Origin: an uncultured Chloroflexia bacterium
Lineage (GTDB): Bacteria > Chloroflexota > Chloroflexia > Thermomicrobiales > UBA6265
Assembly (NCBI GenBank): GCA_963741965.1
Contig: CAVUKC010000002.1
Span: 1,378,004 to 1,442,003, forward strand
Length of the DNA stretch: 64,000 nt
Reading direction: 5' to 3'
Part shown: positions 1 through 9,315 of the stretch, in pieces
Numbering within the stretch: position 1 is the stretch's first letter
Layout of the letters: each line of letters opens with the position of its first letter
Program-made: the position numbers and the translations under genes
Notes under the pieces: model-generated
The model's input: only the letters and a program-made list of their open reading frames with translations
What the model was told of the DNA's origin: nothing
Databases searched by the model: none

Positions 1-1440
1 TACGCGCGAACGACCGGTCGCATCGGCACCTGCCTCGTCGTGCCGGGGCCGGGTCTCCTGAACGCCACAGCGGCGCTCTCGACCGCCTATGCGTGCAACA
101 GCCCGGTCCTCTGCGTCACCGGCCAGATCCAGTCGGACCTGATCGGCGTCGGCCGCGGCATGCTGCACGAGATTCCGAACCAGCTTGAGATGATCCGCTC
201 CGTGACCAAGCACGCCGAGCGCGCCGTGAAGCCGGAGGAAATCCCTGGCCTCGTGGACCGCGCGATCCGCTCGCTGTGGGACGGCCGGGTGCGCCCGGTG
301 GAGGTCGAAGTGCCGCCGGACACGCTGTTCGCGGAGGGCACCGTGGCGCTGATGGCTCCCGCCCCGGAGCGAGAGCGCCCCGAGGGCGACCCGGACACGT
401 TGGAGGAGGCGGCGAAGCTGCTCGGCAACGCCGAGCGCCCGCTCATCTTCTCGGGCGGCGGCGTGCTTGGCTCTGAGGCGTGGGGTGAGCTGCAGGCGCT
501 GGCGGAGATGCTGGAGGCGCCGGTGGTGATGTCCCCGAACGGCAAGGGCGCCCTCTCCGACCGTCACTACCTCGGCCACAGCTCGCTTTCGGCGATGACG
601 CTCATCGACAACGCCGACGTGATCTTCTGCGTCGGCACTCGGATGATCGAGCCGGCCACATACCCATGGGGCATGAAGCCGGGACGCACAGTCATTCAGA
701 TGGACATCGACGACGAAGAGGTCGGCCGCAACTACGACGTCACGGTCGGCATCGTCGCGGACGCCAAGGCCGGACTTACCGCCCTCGCCGAGCGTGTCGC
801 GAAGCACAACCGCACACGCGCGTCGCGTGAGGAGGAGCTGACCGCGCTGAAGCAGGCCGTCCGCGCCAGGCTGGATGCGATCCAGCCGCAGTCGGCTTAT
901 GCATGGGCGATCCGCAACGAGATGCCGGACGACGGCATCTTCGTGGGCGAGATGACGCAGATCGGTTACTGGAGCAACATCGGCTTCCCGGTGTACCAGC
1001 CGCGGACATACATCACGCCCGGCTACCAGGGCACGCTGGGCTGGGGCTTCCCGACGTCGCTCGGCGTCAAGGTCGGCAACCCGGACAAGGTGGTCGTCTC
1101 GGTGAACGGCGACGGCGGTTTCGGCTTCGCGCTCAATGAGCTCGCCACCATGGCGCTGCATCAGATCGGCACGGTCGCGATCGTGTTCAACGACAGCGCC
1201 TATGGCAATGTTCGCCGCATCCAGCAGGTCTCGTTCAATGGCCGCACCATCGCAAGCCACCTCGCAAATCCCGACTACGTCAAGCTGGCGGAGTCGTTCG
1301 GGGTGACCGGTCGACGCGCGAGCTCTCCGGAGGCGCTGCAGACGGAGCTGCGCGAGGCCATCAAGGCGGACGAGCCGACCTTGATCGAAGTCCCCGTCGA
1401 GCAGATGCCGGATCCCTGGCGGGCGCTCAAATTCCGGTAG
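1..1440 (+). CDS. Thiamine-pyrophosphate-dependent enzyme, acetolactate-synthase-like (5' end lies outside window)
   Basis: Frame-1 ORF is open to the window edge (YARTTGRIGTCLVVPGPGLLN...). It has the three-domain TPP-enzyme layout with a GDGGF...NDSAYG TPP-binding motif. A hairpin terminator follows. Confidence 0.85.
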   Translation, partial: YARTTGRIGTCLVVPGPGLLNATAALSTAYACNSPVLCVTGQIQSDLIGVGRGMLHEIPNQLEMIRSVTKHAERAVKPEEIPGLVDRAIRSLWDGRVRPVEVEVPPDTLFAEGTVALMAPAPERERPEGDPDTLEEAAKLLGNAERPLIFSGGGVLGSEAWGELQALAEMLEAPVVMSPNGKGALSDRHYLGHSSLSAMTLIDNADVIFCVGTRMIEPATYPWGMKPGRTVIQMDIDDEEVGRNYDVTVGIVADAKAGLTALAERVAKHNRTRASREEELTALKQAVRARLDAIQPQSAYAWAIRNEMPDDGIFVGEMTQIGYWSNIGFPVYQPRTYITPGYQGTLGWGFPTSLGVKVGNPDKVVVSVNGDGGFGFALNELATMALHQIGTVAIVFNDSAYGNVRRIQQVSFNGRTIASHLANPDYVKLAESFGVTGRRASSPEALQTELREAIKADEPTLIEVPVEQMPDPWRALKFR

Positions 1441-1460
1441 GGCCCAAATCCGGTTGACAC

Positions 1461-1497
1461 CATGACCCCGGCTCGTGCCTGGCGAGCCGGGGTCATG
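1461..1497. terminator. Hairpin between convergent genes (putative bidirectional terminator)
   Basis: CATGACCCCGGCTCG - 7 nt loop - CGAGCCGGGGTCATG forms a perfect 15-bp stem, followed by GTCGTTT on the + strand. Confidence 0.5.
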
Positions 1498-1554
1498 TCG
1501 TTTCCCCAGCACGGATCGACACGCGCATCCGGCGCCGATCAGGCGAGTGGGATG

Positions 1555-1815
1555 TTACTCACCCTCGCCGGCAGACAGGACGCCAGCGTCGAGGAGCTGC
1601 CTGGTGACGAAGGCGTTGTTGGCCTCGATCAGCTTGATCGCGTATGTCGCCGCCGCGCCGACAGCGTGGAAACCCGGGCTGTCCAGCTCCTGCTCAACCG
1701 ACTTGCCGCTCTGTTCGGCGGCCTCTGCCGCCTCCTCGTGCAACAGCTCGTCGAGGTAGGTGTACAGCTCGTTTTCGGTCATGCCGAGCGCGCGGTTGAT
1801 CTGGCCATCCGTCAT
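1555..1815 (-). CDS. Hypothetical small acidic protein (86 aa)
   Basis: ATG at 1815 has GAAAGGA about 8 nt upstream and GC3 is high. The longer 125-aa form in the ORF track has no RBS. I recognise no family. Confidence 0.55.
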   Translation of the reverse strand: MTDGQINRALGMTENELYTYLDELLHEEAAEAAEQSGKSVEQELDSPGFHAVGAAATYAIKLIEANNAFVTRQLLDAGVLSAGEGE

Positions 1816-1920
1816 CAATTCAATCCTTTCACGCGGCGTGTGTGCACGATGCACGAACCGCCGCCCGCCTTGCTGGTATGAGGTCGCCAAACGGTGCATG
1901 CTCTCGCCTCCACGCGACGA

Positions 1921-1948
1921 TTGCAGGGGCACATCACCTTGTTATACT
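1921..1948 (+). promoter_or_regulatory. Candidate sigma70-type promoter for the ferredoxin gene
   Basis: TTGCAG (1921-1926), a 16-nt spacer, then TATACT (1943-1948), about 105 nt upstream of the fdx ATG. This is a pattern match only. Confidence 0.35.
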
Positions 1949-2054
1949 CGGAGTGCCTGCAAGTTCGTCAGTGACGAGCGTTTTCCGGATGGCAGCGGGC
2001 CCAGACTTGTCCCATCACCTAAACCCATATCCCAGTTTGGGAAGGAGCTGAGCC

Positions 2055-2294
2055 ATGACGTATGTCATAGCGCAACCCTGCATCGGGACCAAGGATGCGT
2101 CCTGTGTGGAAGTCTGTCCGGTCGACTGCATTCACTCGGATGACGACGCCGAGCAGTACTACATCAACCCGGCGGAGTGCATCGACTGCGGTGTCTGCGC
2201 CGAGGTCTGCCCGGTCGAGGCGATCTTCTTCGAGGATGATCTGCCCGAGCAGTACGAGCAGTTCAAGCAGGTCAACGCGGCCTACTTCGAATAA
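2055..2294 (+). CDS. fdxA: 7Fe ferredoxin ([3Fe-4S][4Fe-4S])
   Basis: Cluster motifs CIGTKDASCVEVCP and CIDCGVCAEVCP are both present. The RBS is GGAAGGAG. The size (79 aa) is typical. Confidence 0.93.
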   Translation: MTYVIAQPCIGTKDASCVEVCPVDCIHSDDDAEQYYINPAECIDCGVCAEVCPVEAIFFEDDLPEQYEQFKQVNAAYFE

Positions 2295-2315
2295 CGGTCG
2301 CCCGTCGCACGATCA

Positions 2316-2351
2316 CCAAGCGCCCTCCCGGAGTTTCGGGAGGGCGCTTGG
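2316..2351. terminator. Bidirectional hairpin terminator
   Basis: CCAAGCGCCCTCCCG - GAGTTT - CGGGAGGGCGCTTGG forms a 15-bp perfect stem between convergent genes. Confidence 0.6.
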
Positions 2352-2357
2352 CGTCTG

Positions 2358-4703
2358 TCATGCCGCTGGCGTCTCCGGCTGTGGCGTCGGCGTGCCGGTA
2401 GCATCAACAGGGAGCTGGTATTGCGCCGTCCACACGGCGTCCTCGTTGACAAGGTAGAGCGTGCCGGAATCCTCGTCGACGGCAATGTCCTGCAACCCCT
2501 CGAACGGCGCCGCGACATCGGCCTCCGATGCCGAGAAGTCCGCCGGGATCTTCAGCTGCCAGGCGTCACCGGAACTACCATCGAAGACGACGATGGCGCC
2601 ATCATCTCCGTTCTTCACCGCGACGTAGAGGTACCGCGTCGCGGGACCGATCAGGAGCGAGGTTGGCTTGCTGTCACCAGCATAGGGCACCTCCACACGC
2701 TCCTTCAGGTCACCCTGGCTGTACGTCAACACCTCGTCCGGCGAGTCCTCGTTGTCCAGCAGCACGTAGATGTTGCGATCGATCGCCATGTCCACGGCGT
2801 TGACGAGATCCGGCCGCACCGACGGCAGCACCCAGTCGTGCGGCTCGGCGCTGCTCCCCGCCTCGGTTTCGAAACGGTAGATGTTGCGAAACTCGGTCTC
2901 CAGGATGTAGATGCTGCCACCGAACGCGCCAACCGGTCCGGGATCCCACCTCCCGAGATCGTTGATGTCCTTCAATGCCACTGGCTTCCAGTCGCCGTCC
3001 GGCTGCAGCGTGAACGCGTGCACGCCGTCGGTGACATGCAGGCCGGTCGCGTCCAGCGCGACACCGTAAAGCTTGCCGACCTCCACGTCTCCCGTCGTCT
3101 CACCCTGCTCGAGAATCGGGATCACCTGTCGCTCATCGGTCCGAATCTGATAAAGACCACCATTTACGAGGAAGAGGCCCGCGCCTGTCAGCTCAGCGTC
3201 CGTGCCGCCACCGTGGAGCCCTGTGGGCAGCGTACCGATGCGTGCGAGGTTGCTGACGCGGATGACGTTGTCGATCTGGTCCCGCGCGGCGGTGATGGCT
3301 GCCTGCCGTGGGGCGATCTCCTCAGCCTGCGCTCCCTCGTCCCTGGCGGTGTCGAGCGCCGACTGGGCGAGTTCGAGCGCCTGCTCCGTGTCCTCTCGGC
3401 TGGTTGAGTTCTCGGCGGCGAGGATGTTCTGATCCACCTGCTGCAGCGCCGTTACCGCGGCGCCAGTCTCGCTTCCGGTGTCGGGACGCAGCGACCAGAT
3501 GCCGTAGAACAGCGCGGCGATCATCGCCAGCACGATGAGGATCATGATGGGCGCCGCGACCGGTGTGCGGGGCAGCATCCCACGCCAGCTCGACTCGCCA
3601 CGGTCGACTGTGACACTCCGGTGCACCTGTACGCCATGGGTGCGTGGCAGGCCGTACTGCTTGGCCTGGCTGGGTGAGCTCCAGGTCTCGGCCGGGTTGT
3701 GGCGACGGAGCCGCGAACGAGCGCGGATCCAGCGCGACGGTTCCTGCTCGTTGCCGGCGATCTCCACGACCCGCTCGTCGGCAAGCTCGCCATCGGTATC
3801 CATCTCGTCCGCCACGCGTGGCACTGAGCGCGGTCTCGGCCGGCCCATCGACCGTACCCGCCGCGGCAGCAGGCTTCGGATTTGCGCGCGCGTGCGTCGC
3901 CGGCGCTCCCGCAGCCGCCAGCGGACATCGTCCAGCGTCACGACCCCAAACGAGCCCGGACGCGGGGGAAACCCGATCACCACCGCGGCGCCGTCCTCGA
4001 TGCGGTCAGCGATCAGCAGTCCCCTGTAAATGTCGAGCACTCGATCCGGCGAGCGTCCATGGTAGCCAGCAAGGTCCTGCACGCGCATGCCGGTCTCATC
4101 GAGATCGATCGCAAGTGCCTCGGCGAGCGACGCGGTGCAGATCATCACGACGTCGCCGTCCGAGAGCTCGGTCTGCGCGAGGATCGGCGCCGTCCAGGAC
4201 GTATACCCGAGCGGCTCCGGCGGCGTTGTTTGCTCATCCGGAACGTCATAGTCCGGCATCCACGAACCGAGGTCCGGGACGGCATAGGCCAGGGCGTCTT
4301 CGATCAGCAGGATCTGGCCCGGCGGGACATGACCGATCGTGCAGCGATGGCCATCAAGCAGCACCGCCGTGGCGCCAATCAGCACCTTGCGGTCGTAACC
4401 GCGTGTCGGGCTGGTCTGCCCCTCGTCGAAGAGCATGCCGTTGACGGCGGCGAAGGCACGCCCGATCGCCTCGTCAGGCGGCAGGTCGTCCATGGCCCGC
4501 AGCTCGGCGATGATCATCTCGCGGGCAAGACGTGCCACCTCGAGTGACTGACCGTCCGCCTCGACCGGCTCGGTCGCCACCACGATGCCCCGGGAGCGCT
4601 GGTCCACAAAGGCGTCGAGGTCGACACTGGCCCACGCGCCGGCGTTGATTGGTGTACCACCGGCGACGGCAAACCCGACGGCGAGTGGCGGTGGCAAGGT
4701 CAT
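2358..4703 (-). CDS. Membrane protein: N-terminal PP2C/PPM-like (probably degenerate) domain, one TM helix, coiled region, C-terminal beta-propeller-like domain
   Basis: This is a 781-aa ORF with high GC3. The N-terminal ~260 aa resemble a PPM fold (...GDVVMICTASLAEAL..., ...EDGAAVVIGF). A TM segment VAAPIMILIVLAMIAALFYGIW follows. The C-terminal part has repeated beta-strand-rich units. Confidence 0.75.
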   Translation of the reverse strand: MTLPPPLAVGFAVAGGTPINAGAWASVDLDAFVDQRSRGIVVATEPVEADGQSLEVARLAREMIIAELRAMDDLPPDEAIGRAFAAVNGMLFDEGQTSPTRGYDRKVLIGATAVLLDGHRCTIGHVPPGQILLIEDALAYAVPDLGSWMPDYDVPDEQTTPPEPLGYTSWTAPILAQTELSDGDVVMICTASLAEALAIDLDETGMRVQDLAGYHGRSPDRVLDIYRGLLIADRIEDGAAVVIGFPPRPGSFGVVTLDDVRWRLRERRRRTRAQIRSLLPRRVRSMGRPRPRSVPRVADEMDTDGELADERVVEIAGNEQEPSRWIRARSRLRRHNPAETWSSPSQAKQYGLPRTHGVQVHRSVTVDRGESSWRGMLPRTPVAAPIMILIVLAMIAALFYGIWSLRPDTGSETGAAVTALQQVDQNILAAENSTSREDTEQALELAQSALDTARDEGAQAEEIAPRQAAITAARDQIDNVIRVSNLARIGTLPTGLHGGGTDAELTGAGLFLVNGGLYQIRTDERQVIPILEQGETTGDVEVGKLYGVALDATGLHVTDGVHAFTLQPDGDWKPVALKDINDLGRWDPGPVGAFGGSIYILETEFRNIYRFETEAGSSAEPHDWVLPSVRPDLVNAVDMAIDRNIYVLLDNEDSPDEVLTYSQGDLKERVEVPYAGDSKPTSLLIGPATRYLYVAVKNGDDGAIVVFDGSSGDAWQLKIPADFSASEADVAAPFEGLQDIAVDEDSGTLYLVNEDAVWTAQYQLPVDATGTPTPQPETPAA

Positions 4704-4850
4704 GCAGGATGTTCCAGATCAAACGCGCAGCCGGACAACAGATCGAACACGGCGCGCGGGTGACATTCACAGTACGGCGATCGGGTACTCCCGCGATCGC
4801 ACGTTCGAGTGTAAACCGGCACATGGCAAGCGCGTCACTGCCGGACACGA

Positions 4851-4879
4851 CGACGCCCGGCCTCGATGGCCGGGCGTCG
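4851..4879 (-). terminator. Hairpin downstream of the TPR gene
   Basis: CGACGCCCGGCC - TCGAT - GGCCGGGCGTCG forms a 12-bp stem 23 nt beyond the stop at 4902. Confidence 0.5.
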
Positions 4880-4901
4880 AGAGCCGCATTGCCGCGTCAA
4901 C

Positions 4902-7034
4902 CTACCGATGCGCGGCCATTGAGCTGGTGTAGCCTTGCTCGGATCCGGCCGGGTAGCCTCCGTTCGGCTCGAATGACGGCGCCTCGGCCCGCTCCCGGGG
5001 CTGCCGGCGCGAGCGTGGCGCGGCCGGGGCGCTTCCCCGCTCGATATCGGCCAGCACCGCCTCACCGCGCGAGCGCAGGTGCGTTCCGCTGGCCCCGAGC
5101 TGGTCGGCAAGCGCCAGTGAGTGCTCCAGCACCTCTATCGCCTCCGCATCCTCGCCCAAACCATGCAGACGCGCCCCGATGTTCACGAGCATCATCGACT
5201 CGCCATACACGTCGTCGACCTCGCGGGCGAGCTCGAGGGCCGTCTCGTAGGTGTCGAGGGTCCCAGGGTGGTTGGCACTGTCCATCGCCACGGCAAGCCG
5301 CTGCAGCACAGTGTTGAGCAGCGCCGGATCGTCAAGCTCCTCAGCCAGGCCGGCGGCCTGCTCAAGAGCGTCGATGGCGGCGTCCAGCTCGCCGACCCGC
5401 TGTGCAACCTTGGCCATGCGCCCGTAGAGGCGAACCGCTGCCTCCTGATCGTCGCGCGCGTCGGCGAGATCGAGAGCCTGCTGGTAGTACCGCATCGCGG
5501 CGTCCGTCCTGCGCGCTTCGACCGCCATGGCACCGAGCGACGACAGCGCCGCAATCTGGCTCTCCACGTCTCCGAGTGCTTCGAACCGCTCAAGCGCTGT
5601 CTCGTAGGCGGCACGAGCCTCGGCATACTGGCGCTGATCGCCAAAGATGCCGCCGAGCAGGAGCAGGATCCCCGCCTCGATGCCGGGGTCACTTGCCTTG
5701 CGTGACGCCGAAATCCCCTCCTGGAGCGCCTTCGTGGCTTCGCGCGGCTGATCGTATCGCCAGAGGGCCTCGCCAATGGCGGCAAGCCACTGCGCCTCCC
5801 GACGGATGTCGTTTCGCGCCCGCGCCATATCGAGCGCGTCCGCAAGGTGATCGAGCGCTTGCGCCGGCCGGTCGAGCTGCGTGAGCGCGATCCCGACACC
5901 ACCGTGGGCGCGCTCCATCAGCTCCTCGTCAGCGTGCTGCTCGGCCATCTTCAGTGCCTGCTCGAAGACCTCTCGCGCTTCATCGGTGCGGTGCAGCTCC
6001 ATCAACTGGGTGCCATGCTCAATCGCGTCCCGCGCTGCCGACGGGGAGCCGCTCTGCGCCCCGATGCGAACACGGTCGGCGTCGCGCGTCACCGCTGCCT
6101 CCGTCCGACCGAGCTGTCGCTCCGCAACCGAGAGCATTTCGAGCGCCTGGTTCTCCATGGAAAGATCGCCGAGCTGTCGAGCGAGGCCGAGTGCCGCCTC
6201 GAGGTGCTCGACCGCCGCTCCGAGGTTGCCGCCACGCGCTTCCATCTCGGCGAGGTCGATCAACAGGTGCGCGCTGAGCGCGGAGTCGCCGTTGTCGTTG
6301 GCCGCTCGCAGGGCCCGCTGTTGCAAATCCACGAGCTGCTGATCGCTCACCCGACCACGGCTCAGGTCGATCTCGCGTACCAGTGCCTCCGCCTGACCCT
6401 TGACGTAGCCGAGCTTGTCCGCGGCTCCGGAGGCGCGCTGGAAGTGATCGAGCGCACCGTCCGTGTCACCATCGCGGTGCAGCAGATCGCCGAGCACGAT
6501 GGCGGAGTCGACTTCGTCCTCGGTGTCAGCGGTATCCGGGCCGAGGTCGAGCTGCTGCTGCAGGAGCACCCGAGCGCGCTCGGGCTCGCCAACCTGCGCG
6601 GCGCGCTGGCCGAGCCTCGCGAGCGCGCGGCGACCGCCCTGAACGTAGCCTGCCCGCTGTGCGGCGCGGTAGGCGTCGCGAAGAAGCTTTTCACGATCTC
6701 GGGCGGGGTCGTCCGCCGGCAGGAGCGCGTCCAGCAAAAGAGCCGCATCGACCGTCTCGCGGTCGAAACTCTTGGCGTGTGCGGCGGCATGGGTGAGGCG
6801 GGCGAGCACGGTGGCGAACTCGCGGTCGGATTTCACCCGCTCCTCGATGATCTCGCCGAGAATCGCGAACTCGTCGTCAGAGAGCGCGTCGAGCACCGCG
6901 GGGTGCCGGACCTCGCTGATCGCCCCCTGCAGCGAGCGCTTCCGTCCAACGACCTCGCGCGCGATCTGCACCAGGACGCCGTTGCCGCCCCGGCGTCCCT
7001 TGCCGGCAAATCGTTCGATCCAGGTGCTCACCAC
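4902..7034 (-). CDS. TPR-repeat protein
   Basis: Many tandem TPR-like A/L/E/R-rich helical repeats. The likely start is GTG at 7034 or 7031, inside GTGGTGA, which overlaps the stop of the upstream PLP enzyme. The track's 818-aa version would overlap that gene by 330 nt. Confidence 0.72.
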   Translation of the reverse strand: MVSTWIERFAGKGRRGGNGVLVQIAREVVGRKRSLQGAISEVRHPAVLDALSDDEFAILGEIIEERVKSDREFATVLARLTHAAAHAKSFDRETVDAALLLDALLPADDPARDREKLLRDAYRAAQRAGYVQGGRRALARLGQRAAQVGEPERARVLLQQQLDLGPDTADTEDEVDSAIVLGDLLHRDGDTDGALDHFQRASGAADKLGYVKGQAEALVREIDLSRGRVSDQQLVDLQQRALRAANDNGDSALSAHLLIDLAEMEARGGNLGAAVEHLEAALGLARQLGDLSMENQALEMLSVAERQLGRTEAAVTRDADRVRIGAQSGSPSAARDAIEHGTQLMELHRTDEAREVFEQALKMAEQHADEELMERAHGGVGIALTQLDRPAQALDHLADALDMARARNDIRREAQWLAAIGEALWRYDQPREATKALQEGISASRKASDPGIEAGILLLLGGIFGDQRQYAEARAAYETALERFEALGDVESQIAALSSLGAMAVEARRTDAAMRYYQQALDLADARDDQEAAVRLYGRMAKVAQRVGELDAAIDALEQAAGLAEELDDPALLNTVLQRLAVAMDSANHPGTLDTYETALELAREVDDVYGESMMLVNIGARLHGLGEDAEAIEVLEHSLALADQLGASGTHLRSRGEAVLADIERGSAPAAPRSRRQPRERAEAPSFEPNGGYPAGSEQGYTSSMAAHR

Positions 7035-8008
7035 GCTCGCTCCTTCGTCAGAGCCTCCTGCAGGCTCTCGAGTGTCAGGTTGCCGCCAGAGAGGATGATT
7101 CCCACCTTCTTGCCGGCGAAATCTCGTCTTCGGTGATAGAGCCCGGCAAGCGATGCCGCCCCGGCGCCCTCGGCCAGCATGGCCGTCGTTTCCAGTAATG
7201 TCAGAATGCTGCGCCGGAGGTCTGCGTCCGACACCAGCATGATCTCGTCGACCTTGTCCCACAGCATCGCCGCGGGCAGTGCGAACGCCTTGCGCGTCGC
7301 CACGCCCTCGGCGAAGGTGTCGGACCGGTCGAGCACCTTCAGCGCGCGATCCCGCCACGACTCGTAGACCGCCGGGGCGCCTTCGGACTGGACACCGACC
7401 ACCTGGATGGCCGGGTTGAGCGCCTTGCCCACCAGGGTCGCGCCGCAGAGCCCGCTGCCACCGCCGATCGGCACGAAGATCGCGTCGAGATCGGGTACCG
7501 CTTCCAGCATCTCAAGCGTGGCAGTGGCCACACCGGCGATCAGGTCCGGCTCGTCGGCCGAGTGGATGAAGTGCGCGCCCTCTCGCTCGGCGAACTCCCG
7601 CGCCGCGTCGAACGCAATGTCGAAGTCCGCGCCTTGCTTCACCACGGTCGCGCCGAGTCGCTCCATCGACGCGACCTTGAGCTCGTTGGCGACCTCTGGC
7701 ACGAAGATCGTCGCCTTCGCCCCGTAGGCTCGCGCGGCGTAGGCGATCGACTGGCCGTGGTTGCCAGTGGACGCGCCGACAACGCCTCGCGCACGCTCCT
7801 CGGCCGACAGGCGGCTCAGCAGATAGAGCCCGCCTCGAACCTTGAACGCGCCGATAGGCTGAAGATTCTCACATTTGACATAGGTTGTCACGCCCAACCG
7901 ATCGCTGAGCTTCTCCGCCTCGAGCAGCGGGGTCGGCGCCAGGTACGGCGCGATCGCACGGCGAGCGCGGAAGACGTCCCCGAGCGTCGGGATCGGCCCG
8001 GTCCACAT
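7028..8008 (-). CDS. PLP-dependent threonine/serine dehydratase family enzyme (no C-terminal regulatory domain)
   Basis: Contains the FKVRGG PLP-lysine motif, STGNHGQ and a GGGSG loop. ATG at 8008 gives an N-terminus (MWTGPIPTLGDVFRARRAIAPYL) of typical length. An alternative GTG at 8101 is the track's start. Confidence 0.85.
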   Translation of the reverse strand: MWTGPIPTLGDVFRARRAIAPYLAPTPLLEAEKLSDRLGVTTYVKCENLQPIGAFKVRGGLYLLSRLSAEERARGVVGASTGNHGQSIAYAARAYGAKATIFVPEVANELKVASMERLGATVVKQGADFDIAFDAAREFAEREGAHFIHSADEPDLIAGVATATLEMLEAVPDLDAIFVPIGGGSGLCGATLVGKALNPAIQVVGVQSEGAPAVYESWRDRALKVLDRSDTFAEGVATRKAFALPAAMLWDKVDEIMLVSDADLRRSILTLLETTAMLAEGAGAASLAGLYHRRRDFAGKKVGIILSGGNLTLESLQEALTKERAW

Positions 8009-8336
8009 GCCGGCGCCTGCCGATGGGTTCTCCTGGTGTTCTGTCGCCACATTCGCCTCCGCGCGTTGGCTGATCGCCCCGACGGCTCTGGGTACCGGCA
8101 CCCATGGTGCGTAGCCGCGTCCGCCGCCCGGCCACTCCGGAAAGATGCACGGTCTGGCACCCTGTCAGTAGTGTCCGTACACCCACTCTAGCACGACGAT
8201 TTTGGACGTAACAGGTGTTCCCCGTTGTCACACGGCGCCACGGGCTAACCTTATCCGGTCGATGGTAACGACATCGCGTTCCGTGCGTCCATATACTGTG
8301 GTGAGCGATCGTTTGCAGTCACAGTGCGAGGTGCCC

Positions 8337-9197
8337 ATGTCGAACTTCAGCCCGCCCGAGAGCGACCAGAGCTTCGGTGCTCGCCTGACCCGTCGCGCCG
8401 GGGAGGCGAACTCCCTGCTCTGCATCGGGCTCGACCCAGCGCGCGGCCGGATGCCGGCCGGTATCCCGGACACCGCCGACGGCGTGATCGAGTTCTGCGA
8501 GCGCCTCGTCGGCGCCACCTCCGATCTCGTGCTCGCCTACAAACCCAACCTCGCCTTCTTCCTCGCCTACGGTGCGGACGGGCTCGACGCGCTCTACACC
8601 GTGCGCGACATGGTCCCCTCGGACACCCCGGTGATCCTCGACTGCAAGATCGGCGACGTCGGCTCCACCGCCGATGCCTACGCGACCGCATGGTTCGACG
8701 AGCTCGACGTCGACGCCATCACCGTTCACCCCTACCTCGGCGAGGACAGCCTCGAACCGTTCCTGCAACGCGGCGACAAGGGCGTGATCGTGCTCGCGAA
8801 GACCAGCAACCCTGGCAGCGGCGATCTGCAGGACAAGCTGCTGGACGATGGCGAGCAGCCGCTCTACCACTATGTCGCCAGCCGCGCGGCGGAGTGGAAC
8901 GGCCGCTACCCGGCGACCGTCGGCCTCGTGGTCGGCGCCACGTACCCCGACCAGCTGCGCAAAATCCGGGAGGTCGCGCCCGAGCTGCCGATCCTGCTCC
9001 CTGGACTGGGCTCCCAGGGCGGCAACCTCGACGCTTCCCTTCACGCTGGCCTCTTTCCGGACGGTACCGGCGTGCTCTGCTCGTCATCACGTGGCATCAT
9101 GTATGCATCATCGGGCGATGACTTCGCCGACGCGGCCCGAGCCGCCGCGACCCGGCTCCGCGATGACATCAACGCGGTCCGCCAGGTCGTGCGGTAG
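8337..9197 (+). CDS. pyrF: Orotidine-5'-phosphate decarboxylase, type 2
   Basis: Contains LCIGLDP, AYKPNLAFF, ILDCKIGDVGST and a TSNPGS-type signature. ATG at 8337 follows GCGAGGTG. Confidence 0.9.
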   Translation: MSNFSPPESDQSFGARLTRRAGEANSLLCIGLDPARGRMPAGIPDTADGVIEFCERLVGATSDLVLAYKPNLAFFLAYGADGLDALYTVRDMVPSDTPVILDCKIGDVGSTADAYATAWFDELDVDAITVHPYLGEDSLEPFLQRGDKGVIVLAKTSNPGSGDLQDKLLDDGEQPLYHYVASRAAEWNGRYPATVGLVVGATYPDQLRKIREVAPELPILLPGLGSQGGNLDASLHAGLFPDGTGVLCSSSRGIMYASSGDDFADAARAAATRLRDDINAVRQVVR

Positions 9198-9315
9198 CAG
9201 ACGAATACCCGCCCGGTTCCCGTCCCGCAATCCGAATCCGTGCCGATCCCGTATGTCATGGTGACTGGGGAGTCGGACACCGTCGTGCCCGCCCTGGGGA
9301 AGGAGACTTTGGAGC

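Noticed and set aside
7035-7358. 5' extension of the TPR ORF (818-aa version).
   Set aside because: It would overlap the PLP-enzyme gene by over 300 nt in another frame, and its translation is Gly/Arg-rich nonsense.
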